A DNA stretch of 64,000 nucleotides from Escherichia phage vB_EcoM_CRJP21. The notes beneath the pieces are model-generated. The model was given only the letters and a program-made list of their open reading frames with translations, was not told where the DNA came from and did no database searches. A program made the position numbers and the translations under genes. Positions 1 to 9,254 of the stretch are shown one piece after another (within the stretch, counting starts at the first letter, position 1; each line of letters starts with the position of its first letter). The stretch lies in sequence record OQ708376.1; one strand, given 5' to 3'.

Positions 1-1059
1 AACAGTACACCAGCATCTGCTCGTTACACTTATGTTAAAAAGAATAAGAGTACTGAGATGCTTGTTTTGCGTGATGCTGATATTATACCAATGAAAGAGA
101 ACTATGACGGGACAACATATGAACCTGTTCATTTCTTGCCTATTATTCCATTATCATTGTTTGGTAATGATAGTATGTCAGTTGGTTATAAGAGTACAAT
201 TCTACCACATAAAATTGAAGATATTATTGATAATTGCATTCGTGCTATTGATAAAAAACCACTAAAAGAAATGACCCCATATTATGTTTCATGTGGTGCA
301 AGTGATGTTGTGACTAAGCTTGATGAAAATAAGTATGAATTCTATGGTAAAGCTGAGGTTATTGATGCAAGCACTGTTAAAGTAACAGGCTTACCACCTA
401 ATTACAGTATTGAGAAATTCATCGAAAAACTAATCAAAATGAGTGATGATGGTGAGATTCGTGATTATGACAATGATAGTACTGATGTAATTGATATTAC
501 CATTAAACTTCCACGTGGAACGTCAGCTAAATGGACAGAGATGGATGTTATTGAGTATTTTGGCATTAACAAAAAAATGACTCAACATTTAACTGTTCTA
601 GGTGAAAATGGCAAAGTGAAAGTTTACGATACTACGATGGATTTGATTAAAGACTTCGTTGATTTCCGTTTCAAATATTACATCAAGCGTTATGAAAAGA
701 AACTTGATGATTGTGCTGCTGAAGTTCGTTATAAAATTCTAATTAAAGAATGTTTCGATAATGATATGATTGCTAAGGTAAAAGGATTTGCAAACCGTGC
801 TGAAATGGTTGAATTCGTTAAATCGTTAAATACCGAAATTGAAGCAACGGAAGAGAATATTCAAAGCATTGTAAACTTCCCTTCATATCGCTGGACGCAA
901 GATAATTATCAATCAGTACTACAAGATATTCAAGATAATCTTGATTTGATGGATAAGTACAATGAACTGTTATCTAATCATGACTTAATTTGGGACATTT
1001 ATAAATCTGAACTAAAAGAACTAAGAAAGATTGACTTTACTCCTAAATCAGACAATTGA
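1..1059 (+). CDS. 52: DNA topoisomerase II, GyrA-like subunit (T4 gp52-like); 5'-truncated by window edge
   Basis: Frame 1 is open from nt 1 (no upstream stop), so the CDS starts outside the window. Segment PIIPLSLFGNDSMSVGYKSTILPHKIEDIIDNC matches the GyrA/ParC region around P-LLVNG..GIAVGMAT-IPPHNL-EV; downstream tower-like region follows. Confidence 0.75.
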   Translation, partial: NSTPASARYTYVKKNKSTEMLVLRDADIIPMKENYDGTTYEPVHFLPIIPLSLFGNDSMSVGYKSTILPHKIEDIIDNCIRAIDKKPLKEMTPYYVSCGASDVVTKLDENKYEFYGKAEVIDASTVKVTGLPPNYSIEKFIEKLIKMSDDGEIRDYDNDSTDVIDITIKLPRGTSAKWTEMDVIEYFGINKKMTQHLTVLGENGKVKVYDTTMDLIKDFVDFRFKYYIKRYEKKLDDCAAEVRYKILIKECFDNDMIAKVKGFANRAEMVEFVKSLNTEIEATEENIQSIVNFPSYRWTQDNYQSVLQDIQDNLDLMDKYNELLSNHDLIWDIYKSELKELRKIDFTPKSDN

Positions 1060-1069
1060 TATATTTAAT

Positions 1070-1100
1070 GGAAGACCTTATGGGTCTTCCTTGTCCTTTA
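1070..1100 (+). terminator. Putative intrinsic terminator after the topoisomerase gene
   Basis: Hairpin GGAAGACC-TTATG-GGTCTTCC followed by TTGTCCTTT; the U-tract is weak. Confidence 0.45.
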
Positions 1101-1108
1101 TATAAATA
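1101..1108 (+). promoter_or_regulatory. T4-type late promoter box TATAAATA
   Basis: Exact TATAAATA about 39 nt upstream of the ATG at 1147, consistent with gp55-dependent late promoter geometry in T4. Confidence 0.5.
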
Positions 1109-1146
1109 ATCTATAGATAATGGCAGCTTGGCTATGGAGAATTATA

Positions 1147-3540
1147 ATGACAACTTTTACCCCACGATGGGATATAAAAGCCGATGCTCGATATATACAA
1201 GAAGGACAAGACATTCTTGTGCGTTTGAGTATCAATAAAGAAAGCACAACGGATGATAGCTATGTATTAAATGAAGATGAATACTTAGAAATGATTCTTA
1301 ACATACAATGCTTGGATAGTTCAGGTGCTGTATTTGATCCAGAACCACATTATACTTTTTATGTTGGTAATGACGAAAATACTTTTGTTCCTATTTCAGA
1401 TGGTACAACTGGTAATAAATTAGTAAATGGTAAGCATAAGTGTAAAATCAGCAAAAATGAATTTAACTTATCTGCAAGTACTAATAGTGAAGATGTTTAT
1501 TTTATAAAAATTCATTGTAAAAATGATGGAACCTATAATAATACAGAAATTATAAATTTTTATTTACAAGCAGTAAATGTTATGTATTTTGGAAATATTT
1601 CACCAAGTGGTGTTCTAGGATTAACTGATACATCAATAACATATGATAGTCAAGAAGTTTGGGTTACACCAGGAGTTGAGATTGGTGATGACAAAAAGCT
1701 TTATTGTATTGGTGATGTTGAGTATGGCTCCAACAGTACATTGTTCGTTCAAGGATTTGGAAGAAGACGACCTTTCATTTTGGGTACTGACATGACTACT
1801 GATATTACACCTCGTGTCTTTTTTCCAGCATATCGTTTGATTGACATGGATATTTCTGAAGTTCCAGATAAACATATTACGAATGATTTCGCAGTATTCA
1901 AGCCAGCACAATCAACATGGCCTATTTCTGGTATAAACAAAGAAGTAAAAGTTAATATTCAAAATAGAAATGGTAATTTAATTGACACTGGAATGGTGTT
2001 CAACCCAAATGGGCAATTATTGCAAACATTTTTATATGACTCAGATGCTTGTGATGCATATTTTAAAGTTGAGATTGTTGATATATTAAGTACATACACC
2101 GAAGAAAGTGAAAGGTTTGCTATCAATCAACGATATAAAGCATATCAAATGTGGGTTTGTCCTGAAGACATAGATACTATATATTCTATTTCAGAAAAAC
2201 CACTACCCAATCATTTATATCAATTAAAAGATAATGTTGTGTATCCATACGTAATTAGTGGTGAATACGATAATGGAACAATTAAGCCCGTTTATGATAG
2301 TAGTGATTGGATTGATTTAGGATATTATGACTCTACTCTTGGTGATAATATCATTGGTATGCAAAAAATGTTCAGGGTTTTGATAAACGCAGAAGAAGGT
2401 AATAATATAAACTTTATTACTGATAGTGATTTAGGAACCATACATGTTGGTGAATATTTTGGAGACAGTATATATCCTAAAATTGAAACTGATAGCTCTA
2501 ATCAAGTTTCGTATGTTTTAGATGGTGGTGATGACATTAGAAAGTATGGGATAGATTTGACACCAGATGGATATCTTGTAGGAACTGCATATGCCAAAAG
2601 TATTGATTTTAGTGAAAATGATGATATTAAATTATCGTTTTATGTTAAAGCATTTAGTACTGAAGGTGGTGAAGCAAGAAAAATATTTAACCTTAAGATT
2701 GTAAGAGGATTCGGACAGAATTATTTGAGTGCACATGTATTACCTTCGGTTGCATTTGAGAGAGAATGGTTTAAATGTATAAGTACTTCATCATTCACTA
2801 ATCAACTATTTTTCCGACAATCTGACAATAGATATGGTCTTCAGAAAATACCGAAGATGTTATTGAAAGAAAACTTCCTAAGTCAAACGTATCCATATAC
2901 TAACCTTTCTGATATCAAGAAAGTATTGAGAAATAGTATAATTAACCCAAATGGAACTACTATTCCAAATGGAAAATTTAAAATGGTAATGGGTAATTAT
3001 AAAATAATATCAGCACTTGACAATCAAGGTAACTTACAATATGATCTATTATATAGAGAGGTTTTACCTGAAGGTTCTTTAGTATCTGTATCCAAAAATC
3101 CACGTCAATATACTCAAATCGACAACGGTCAGCTTGGTGAATTATTTGGTTTACGACAAAATATTTTTCAGGCTATTGGTGAAGACACAACCAACTTAGT
3201 AAAAGACCCAACCGATTTACAAAATCGTGGTCTATACGTTGATGCGATACCAAGTATCAGTGATGAAATGCTTGATACGGTCCCAAGATTTATGAATCAC
3301 CCATACATTGAAGATGGTATACAGAAAAAATTCATGCCTATCATTCCAGTTGCATATTGTCAACCAGGCAAAGGTGAAGCATTTTTCAACACTTTACTTC
3401 AGAACAATGAACATGGTACAATGGTAGGTGTAGAGTTCGAAATCACATCGGTTGAATTCGGATACTTTTCGCATGAATCAGTGAATTATGTTTCAGATAC
3501 ATTTTTGATTACATTGCAAAACAATAACATAGGAGGTTAA
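1147..3540 (+). CDS. Large hypothetical protein (about 797 aa), probably a late/structural gene
   Basis: Long ORF (track 1120..3540); start moved to ATG 1147, which has an upstream GGAG. Preceded by a TATAAATA late box. No catalytic motif recognised. Confidence 0.6.
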   Translation: MTTFTPRWDIKADARYIQEGQDILVRLSINKESTTDDSYVLNEDEYLEMILNIQCLDSSGAVFDPEPHYTFYVGNDENTFVPISDGTTGNKLVNGKHKCKISKNEFNLSASTNSEDVYFIKIHCKNDGTYNNTEIINFYLQAVNVMYFGNISPSGVLGLTDTSITYDSQEVWVTPGVEIGDDKKLYCIGDVEYGSNSTLFVQGFGRRRPFILGTDMTTDITPRVFFPAYRLIDMDISEVPDKHITNDFAVFKPAQSTWPISGINKEVKVNIQNRNGNLIDTGMVFNPNGQLLQTFLYDSDACDAYFKVEIVDILSTYTEESERFAINQRYKAYQMWVCPEDIDTIYSISEKPLPNHLYQLKDNVVYPYVISGEYDNGTIKPVYDSSDWIDLGYYDSTLGDNIIGMQKMFRVLINAEEGNNINFITDSDLGTIHVGEYFGDSIYPKIETDSSNQVSYVLDGGDDIRKYGIDLTPDGYLVGTAYAKSIDFSENDDIKLSFYVKAFSTEGGEARKIFNLKIVRGFGQNYLSAHVLPSVAFEREWFKCISTSSFTNQLFFRQSDNRYGLQKIPKMLLKENFLSQTYPYTNLSDIKKVLRNSIINPNGTTIPNGKFKMVMGNYKIISALDNQGNLQYDLLYREVLPEGSLVSVSKNPRQYTQIDNGQLGELFGLRQNIFQAIGEDTTNLVKDPTDLQNRGLYVDAIPSISDEMLDTVPRFMNHPYIEDGIQKKFMPIIPVAYCQPGKGEAFFNTLLQNNEHGTMVGVEFEITSVEFGYFSHESVNYVSDTFLITLQNNNIGG

Positions 3541-3541
3541 T

Positions 3542-3853
3542 ATGTTTAATCCGTTTTTTGACCCGTCTGGAATGACGGAAAAAGAACTACAGTTAAAAAT
3601 TAATGAACAGTCAATGCGTTTAACTTCTGCTCGTGCTGCTGGCCTAAGCGACATGATTATTGGTAATATGCAAACTGTCTTAAATCAATGTTATGCTGAA
3701 CTAGAACTTCGCCAAGGACAAAAAGAAAAAACTGTTTATGACGAAGAAGATCCATGTATCTTCGATATGGATTCATATCTAACTGACAACGAAGAGGCCC
3801 AGAAGAAGAAAAATGAAAGTACAAGGAAACAGATTTATAAGTCCCAATGGTGA
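3542..3853 (+). CDS. Hypothetical protein (103 aa)
   Basis: ORF with strong RBS (TAGGAGG, then ATG); start overlaps the upstream stop (TAATATG). Confidence 0.5.
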   Translation: MFNPFFDPSGMTEKELQLKINEQSMRLTSARAAGLSDMIIGNMQTVLNQCYAELELRQGQKEKTVYDEEDPCIFDMDSYLTDNEEAQKKKNESTRKQIYKSQW

Positions 3854-4331
3854 TGTGAAATGTAATCTTAACGCAGTTGTTTATGCAATCAATTGCGGTG
3901 CAGATATCCAGTACTTACAATTGCAGGAAATTGATGAACCTGAAAGGTTGAAATTCAATGATAACTGTAAAAAATTTGGCTTAGAACAACGTATGCTGGA
4001 TTATACAATTGAGCATGATAAAAATCATGAACTGTGGCGATATGATCCAGTATACGACAATATAAATCTGCGTGACTTTTTCTTACAAAAATGCACATCC
4101 GATGAAGCACGAAAACGTGTTGAGTATGAACTTGATTTATATGAATATTATAATATGACAAAGCTACTAAGATGTATGATATGGCTTGTTGATTATATGG
4201 AAGAAAATGAGATCTTTTGGGGTCTAGGTCGTGGAAGCTCTGTTGCATCATACTGTTTGTTTTTGATTGGACTACATATGGTAGATTCATTGAAGTATGA
4301 ACTTGATGTTAACGAATTTTTGAAATGGTAG
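3813..4331 (+). CDS. DnaE-like (Pol III alpha) fragment; non-catalytic PHP/palm-junction segment (start may be ATG 3753)
   Basis: C-terminal segment RVEYELDLYEYYNMTKLLRCMIWLVDYMEENEIFWGLGRGSSVASYCLFLIGLHMVDSLKYELDVNEFL resembles the DnaE region [55 protein letters not shown] (from memory). The ORF ends just before where the catalytic PDFD aspartates would lie. Confidence 0.45.
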   Translation: MKVQGNRFISPNGDVKCNLNAVVYAINCGADIQYLQLQEIDEPERLKFNDNCKKFGLEQRMLDYTIEHDKNHELWRYDPVYDNINLRDFFLQKCTSDEARKRVEYELDLYEYYNMTKLLRCMIWLVDYMEENEIFWGLGRGSSVASYCLFLIGLHMVDSLKYELDVNEFLKW

Positions 4332-4349
4332 AAAAACATGTGATATAAT
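4320..4349 (+). promoter_or_regulatory. Sigma-70-type early promoter
   Basis: TTGAAA, 18 bp spacer, TGTGATATAATGTTT (extended -10) upstream of the gene at 4395. Confidence 0.5.
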
Positions 4350-4394
4350 GTTTATTGTAGGCTTATATCACACATACAATAAAAGGATTTTGAT

Positions 4395-4739
4395 ATGTCT
4401 AAACATACAACTTATCGTGGTACAACAATTGACATGGATATGCTCAAGTACCAAAATCAACATCAGGTAGCATTAGGTAATGCTAATTTAAACGCACGTG
4501 GTGATAAAATCGGTTCAGGTGGAACAATTATTAAAACTCGTGAAGAGTTGATTCAAGAAAAAGAACGAGAAATGCAAATTCCTGATTATATCCCTGAACA
4601 TCAACTTCATAGTACTGAACATGGTACGGATGAAGTATGGGATGATGAGAGTTTTGAAGTTAAGCCCGAAGAACAAGAAGCTGAGGTTTCTGAAGAGAAG
4701 AAAGCACCACGTCGAGCTAGAACCAAAGATCAGGAGTAA
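4395..4739 (+). CDS. Hypothetical protein (114 aa), acidic C-terminus
   Basis: ORF with RBS AAAGGA upstream of the ATG. Confidence 0.55.
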   Translation: MSKHTTYRGTTIDMDMLKYQNQHQVALGNANLNARGDKIGSGGTIIKTREELIQEKEREMQIPDYIPEHQLHSTEHGTDEVWDDESFEVKPEEQEAEVSEEKKAPRRARTKDQE

Positions 4740-4747
4740 TATATTAA

Positions 4748-5074
4748 ATGACTAATAAAGTAATGACTGCATGTAAAGGTAAAGTACTGGTAACTGAACT
4801 GGAACATGGTGAACGCAAAACAGCAGGTGGTATCGTTTTAACAAACGATGACGGTAAAATTAGAGGTATTCGTTCTCGCTGGGCAAAAGTTTATTCTGTA
4901 GGCGAAGACATTACTGATATTAAAGAAGGTCAATGGATTTTAATTGATCATGGTCGATGGTCAAGAACTATTGAAGTTGATGGTATTGAATTAAACTTGG
5001 TTGATTATCCAGCCGCAGTTAGTTTAGTTTCAGATGAAGATCCACGAACTAAAATGCTAACCTTTGGTCGTTAA
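4748..5074 (+). CDS. GroES-like co-chaperonin (functional analogue of T4 gp31)
   Basis: 108 aa; KTAGGIVLT, VYSVGED and EGQWILIDHG segments match the GroES pattern (K.AGGIVLT, V.AVG.G, GD.V.F). Confidence 0.65.
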   Translation: MTNKVMTACKGKVLVTELEHGERKTAGGIVLTNDDGKIRGIRSRWAKVYSVGEDITDIKEGQWILIDHGRWSRTIEVDGIELNLVDYPAAVSLVSDEDPRTKMLTFGR

Positions 5075-5088
5075 TAAAATATAATTAA

Positions 5089-5120
5089 AGCTCGGATGAA
5101 TATCTGGGCTTTTTATTTGG
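5089..5120 (+). terminator. Weak putative terminator
   Basis: Imperfect hairpin CTCGGAT-GAAT-ATCTGGG followed by CTTTTTATTT. Confidence 0.35.
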
Positions 5121-5127
5121 ACAGATT

Positions 5128-5400
5128 TTGATGATAACTGATGATGGAAAATTTAGTTTCAAGGATGTAACATTAGTATCTAAAAACGGAAGATTCATGT
5201 TTGAAGATAGAAAAAATACCAAATATGTATATGAAGTTTCACATGATATGTTTAAAGTTTTATTAGTTGCATCGGCCCAAGCTGAAAGTACTGGGATTAA
5301 AAATAAGGCAAATTCTTTTAATTTTTTATTAAATCAATTGGAAATGACAGAAGAACTTTTCACGGCTTTATTATATAATTCAGCCGATTGGATTCTATAA
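5128..5400 (+). CDS. Hypothetical protein (90 aa)
   Basis: ORF in the gap between the GroES-like and clamp-loader genes. Confidence 0.45.
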   Translation: MMITDDGKFSFKDVTLVSKNGRFMFEDRKNTKYVYEVSHDMFKVLLVASAQAESTGIKNKANSFNFLLNQLEMTEELFTALLYNSADWIL

Positions 5401-5423
5401 CACGTACACATAAGGAAATAAAA

Positions 5424-6377
5424 ATGACCACACTATGGACTGAAAAATATCGCCCACAATCAATGGAAGATTATGTATCAAAAAATGATGCACTACGCCA
5501 GAAAATGGAAGAATGGATTAAAACTGGTGACATTCCACATATTGGGTTTTTTGGCCCAGCAGGAACTGGTAAAACATCTGCGATCAAAGTACTCATTAAT
5601 GGATTGGTACAGAATGGACACCTTGACCCAAGTGATGTGACTACGCTTAACATGTCGGATGAGGGTATTGATGCAGTTCGTGATAAAATCGATGCCGCAG
5701 CAAAGCTATCATGTTTTGGTAGGTATCGTATCTTTGTTCTTGAAGAAATGGAGCAGATGAACCATAAAGCACAAGGTAGTTTGAAACGTGTAATGGAAGA
5801 CTACCATGAAAACGCTCGCTTTATTTTAACAAGTAACGAACCACATAAAATTCAAAAACCTATCATTTCTCGTGTTCAAGTTATTACAATCGAAAAGCAT
5901 GATATGGAACAATTCATGACTCGAATTTATAATATTCTTCTAGCAGAAGGTGTTGATTTGAGTAGTGATGATAGTGTTGAACAAGTTCAAAAGTATATCA
6001 ATGCTTCCTATCCTGATTTCCGTAAAACACTAAACGTATTGCAAAGTTCAGTTGTTGATGGTAAGCTAGTAAAACTTGAAGATAGTATTGAAAATTCAGC
6101 AGGGTATCGTACTGCAATTGTTGAAGCATTAAAGGCAGGAAACATTCGCCAAATGCGTGAACAAATTGTACAAAATATCCCTGATGATGAGATGGATGCA
6201 TTCTTTTCTTATCTGTATCGTAATGCTGAAATGTTCAGTACTGATGAAATCACACTGATGAAGATTAAAGTTAAAATTCGTGATGCAGTTGTTAAGCAAG
6301 CAACAGTATCAGACCGTGAAATGAATCTTAGTGCTTTACTGTGTGAGATTGACCTAATTTGTTCGGGGAACATGTAA
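5424..6377 (+). CDS. 44: Clamp-loader ATPase subunit (T4 gp44-like, RFC/AAA+ family)
   Basis: Opens MTTLWTEKYRP; Walker A GPAGTGKTS; Walker B-like FVLEE; SRC-like IISRV; start moved to ATG 5424 behind RBS AAGGAA. Confidence 0.85.
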   Translation: MTTLWTEKYRPQSMEDYVSKNDALRQKMEEWIKTGDIPHIGFFGPAGTGKTSAIKVLINGLVQNGHLDPSDVTTLNMSDEGIDAVRDKIDAAAKLSCFGRYRIFVLEEMEQMNHKAQGSLKRVMEDYHENARFILTSNEPHKIQKPIISRVQVITIEKHDMEQFMTRIYNILLAEGVDLSSDDSVEQVQKYINASYPDFRKTLNVLQSSVVDGKLVKLEDSIENSAGYRTAIVEALKAGNIRQMREQIVQNIPDDEMDAFFSYLYRNAEMFSTDEITLMKIKVKIRDAVVKQATVSDREMNLSALLCEIDLICSGNM

Positions 6378-7003
6378 TGAAACCACGTTGTATAGTTTTT
6401 GATTGTGATGAAGTTCTATTGGACCATATGGGTATGCTTTCTGAGTTTGTAAAACAAACTTATAATATCACACCATCAACACCATACCCATTAGAATATG
6501 ATTTATCAGACTGGTTGGGTGTTCCTCAACCTGAAGTTAAAAAGATTCTTGAACAGTTCAACCAACAATCATATTTGTTTGGGTTGTTAAAGCCAGTCGA
6601 ACCAAATACAGTTGATATTGTACAAGAGCTACGTGATCGTTTTCATAAAGAAAAATTCGTAGTACTCACAAAATGTGGTAAAAAAGGCTATGGTGAAGTT
6701 TTACGAAATGTAAATCTAATGCGTGAATTTGGTGAAAACTGCTTTGATGAGATTATTATCATAGAAATGAATGAATCAAAGAAAGAAGCATTAGAGGATT
6801 TACAAACACGATATGATGTAAAACTAATGATTGATGATTATATCAATAATATTGAAACTGCTATGGGTCTTGGTATTCCATCAGTTATGATGGGATGTTC
6901 TCATAATACTATGTATAAGAATCATAGTGGTTTTGAATATATCGAAAACTGGACAGAACTTAGACTGAAAATTTATTCAGTACTAGGTAAATATTACAAA
7001 TAA
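6377..7003 (+). CDS. HAD-superfamily 5'(3')-deoxyribonucleotidase-like phosphatase
   Basis: N-terminal IVFDCDEVLLD (HAD motif I, DxDx[TV]) and C-terminal KLMIDDY (motif IV DD); start is coupled to the gp44-like stop (TAATG). Confidence 0.6.
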   Translation: MKPRCIVFDCDEVLLDHMGMLSEFVKQTYNITPSTPYPLEYDLSDWLGVPQPEVKKILEQFNQQSYLFGLLKPVEPNTVDIVQELRDRFHKEKFVVLTKCGKKGYGEVLRNVNLMREFGENCFDEIIIIEMNESKKEALEDLQTRYDVKLMIDDYINNIETAMGLGIPSVMMGCSHNTMYKNHSGFEYIENWTELRLKIYSVLGKYYK

Positions 7004-7015
7004 AACTTTTAAATT

Positions 7016-7045
7016 GGGGTTTGATTCAAACCCCTTTTGTTGTAT
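7016..7045 (+). terminator. Intrinsic terminator
   Basis: GGGGTTTG-ATT-CAAACCCC hairpin followed by TTTTGTTGTATTTT. Confidence 0.7.
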
Positions 7046-7099
7046 TTTAAAAGTAGTAAATAGTATTATATGTGCTAGTTTTTAAGGATAATATAAAAT

Positions 7100-7663
7100 A
7101 TGGACGATTTAGATTATACAGATAATGCTATTCAGCAGTTGTATGATAACAGTGGTATGTTAGATATACTTCTTGCTGTAGAGAAATATTTCGATGATAA
7201 TGATTTATATGCGTATAAAGGAATTATTGAGGGTGAGTTGGTAGAGGGGCCAATTGTAAGTAAGTATTGGTGTACTGTTACATTTAAATACTATCGTGAA
7301 AATTTTCCCGATCCTACCGCATTCTCTATTTTAGAGAAACATGGAACTAAAGTATATGTTAAAGCTGATTATGAAATAACTCCTATTAAAGAACCAAATC
7401 GTCAAGCTGACATGAAAAGTGTAGCGACACAATCTGGCTCTGTACGTATACCAAAAAATGAAAGAATCCCAGTACTATTGGTTAGAGTGCAGATTCCACG
7501 AAACTTGATTAATCCAGAAAGTTTTGATGAATATAAACTAATGGCAGCAGAATTCAATAGTAATCCAATGAATTCTCCTGAGAATATTGAAGAACCTGTA
7601 ACTGGTGATGATGTGGATTTAGATGTAGAAGTAACGGATGAGACACAAGAAGGTGGAATGTAA
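7100..7663 (+). CDS. Hypothetical protein (187 aa), acidic C-terminus
   Basis: ORF; same length as T4 gp62 and near the gp44-like gene, but no sequence motif supports that identity. Confidence 0.55.
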   Translation: MDDLDYTDNAIQQLYDNSGMLDILLAVEKYFDDNDLYAYKGIIEGELVEGPIVSKYWCTVTFKYYRENFPDPTAFSILEKHGTKVYVKADYEITPIKEPNRQADMKSVATQSGSVRIPKNERIPVLLVRVQIPRNLINPESFDEYKLMAAEFNSNPMNSPENIEEPVTGDDVDLDVEVTDETQEGGM

Positions 7664-8343
7664 TGAAAAAGAAATTAAATGAACAAGGCTTACGTCCGCA
7701 AGTTCTCAAAGATTTGATTCATCCTATCATTAGTGTTGATGAATATACTCCTAAAATTGAAGATAGTAATATTGTTATTATGTTTCAGGTACTTAACAAT
7801 TTTGATGCAGCATATGATTTATCTTCTTTTATTGAAAAATCACCTATTGATGTAGCTGATACAGAAGCAGCAGAAACACCAAATTTAGATGGTCGATATC
7901 AAGTTTATGTTGAAATGGAACGAAATGCCGAATTCCCTGAAAAACTTTTACGTTTAATTAAAACTATTGAAAATATTTGTCCAGACCCAGGTTGGAAAAT
8001 ACAACTATATGGTGTTAATGACCCAATCGATGTTGATTTTGAAGAAATACAGCAGAGAATTGATTTGGGTATTCCTAGTTCAATTAGTGAGTTCCTTGAT
8101 TATGCTGGTGTTTCAGTAATCAAAGAAGGAAACATGTTGACATTAAAAACAGCATATGGTAAATTACATTACAGTACTGGAAGCGGTTTTGTTTCAGAAA
8201 CATATGTGAAAAAGTTATTAAAGAATGATACACAATTAGACACTTCGCGTCTTAGTTCCATACTAGGGGAAAGCTATACAGTACTACGAAGTGGTGATCA
8301 ATATGTAATTGGAAGAAACGGGAAATATTTGGTGTTGCGATGA
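7663..8343 (+). CDS. Hypothetical protein (226 aa)
   Basis: ORF with start overlapping the upstream stop (TAATG). Confidence 0.55.
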   Translation: MKKKLNEQGLRPQVLKDLIHPIISVDEYTPKIEDSNIVIMFQVLNNFDAAYDLSSFIEKSPIDVADTEAAETPNLDGRYQVYVEMERNAEFPEKLLRLIKTIENICPDPGWKIQLYGVNDPIDVDFEEIQQRIDLGIPSSISEFLDYAGVSVIKEGNMLTLKTAYGKLHYSTGSGFVSETYVKKLLKNDTQLDTSRLSSILGESYTVLRSGDQYVIGRNGKYLVLR

Positions 8344-9158
8344 GAATTTTAAATATGCTTAAATCTCTTCACGAAACAACCAAATTACATCAGGATGAAA
8401 AGTATCGTCGCAGCCTTACTAAAGATTTAGCATGTCGTATGTATATGCGTAGATTTGAAATTTCAAGAATTGGTAAAGGCTGGGATGATGTAAATCGTGA
8501 AGACATTGATCCAGATGCAATTTTTAAAGCATACATGGCTAGAAAAGTTTTCATAAATGAAAAAACTTTTTATATTGATAGTGATAGAGAATTAGAAAAT
8601 AAATTTACAAAAGGTTTATGGAAGATATGGTGTGTTGAAGTATTCGGTGAAGTATTACCTGAGCCACCTGTTCCAGAAACTTATAAAGATTTAAAAAGTA
8701 TTTTTGATAATGAACATATACATTCAAATTTCTCATTATATGATACTGTGTCAGAAGCTGTATTTTATGGTGAGTTACATGGTCATAACAAATACTTTGA
8801 TAGTATGGTTAGTTTTGATTTGTTTTGTCACTTGCCTGGTGTATCAAGTTGGACATGTGACCAACACAGAGCAAGTAAGATTGATAAGCGAAAATTCTCG
8901 GCCCAAAGATTTATGCAAGTTGCTATGAGTATGTATAAACTTGATTATCTTGGTTGTCCAGAACCATATAAACATTTTTGGAAAGAAAGAGCACAAAAAT
9001 GTTTAAACTATTGTATAATCCGTTTAATGGACACATACATTCTTAAGTTTAGAAATGCAACTGTATACGACATGCCTGAACCACCAAAGAATGAAAAATA
9101 TCCACCTGTCAAGACATTTGTATGGTACAAGGATAAAAGTAACAAAAGGATGCACTAA
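8340..9158 (+). CDS. Hypothetical protein (272 aa)
   Basis: ORF overlapping the upstream stop by 4 nt. Confidence 0.55.
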   Translation: MRILNMLKSLHETTKLHQDEKYRRSLTKDLACRMYMRRFEISRIGKGWDDVNREDIDPDAIFKAYMARKVFINEKTFYIDSDRELENKFTKGLWKIWCVEVFGEVLPEPPVPETYKDLKSIFDNEHIHSNFSLYDTVSEAVFYGELHGHNKYFDSMVSFDLFCHLPGVSSWTCDQHRASKIDKRKFSAQRFMQVAMSMYKLDYLGCPEPYKHFWKERAQKCLNYCIIRLMDTYILKFRNATVYDMPEPPKNEKYPPVKTFVWYKDKSNKRMH

Positions 9159-9178
9159 GGTGCGTCCTTTTTTCTTTT
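9148..9178 (+). terminator. Intrinsic terminator
   Basis: GGATGCAC-TAAG-GTGCGTCC hairpin followed by TTTTTTCTTTT. Confidence 0.7.
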
Positions 9179-9184
9179 CAGGTG

Positions 9185-9213
9185 TTGACATGTGTAGTCG
9201 AAGTATGTACAAT
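9185..9213 (+). promoter_or_regulatory. Sigma-70-type early promoter
   Basis: TTGACA, 17 bp spacer, TACAAT. Confidence 0.5.
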
Positions 9214-9254
9214 ATCACCATAGCGTAAATTTTAATTGATTATGAGGTTTTATA

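Noticed and set aside
1633-1940. Minus-strand ORFs 1633..1911 and 1749..1940 inside the large plus-strand gene
   Set aside because: Fully embedded in the 800 aa plus-strand ORF, with no RBS or promoter context; typical antisense artefacts of AT-rich sequence.
3955-4290. Minus-strand ORF of 111 aa inside the DnaE-like fragment gene
   Set aside because: Antisense to a plus-strand ORF that has recognisable similarity; no independent support.
8704-8928. Plus-strand 74 aa ORF in another frame inside gene 8340..9158
   Set aside because: Nested alternative-frame ORF with hydrophobic, low-complexity translation; the host ORF is long and continuous.
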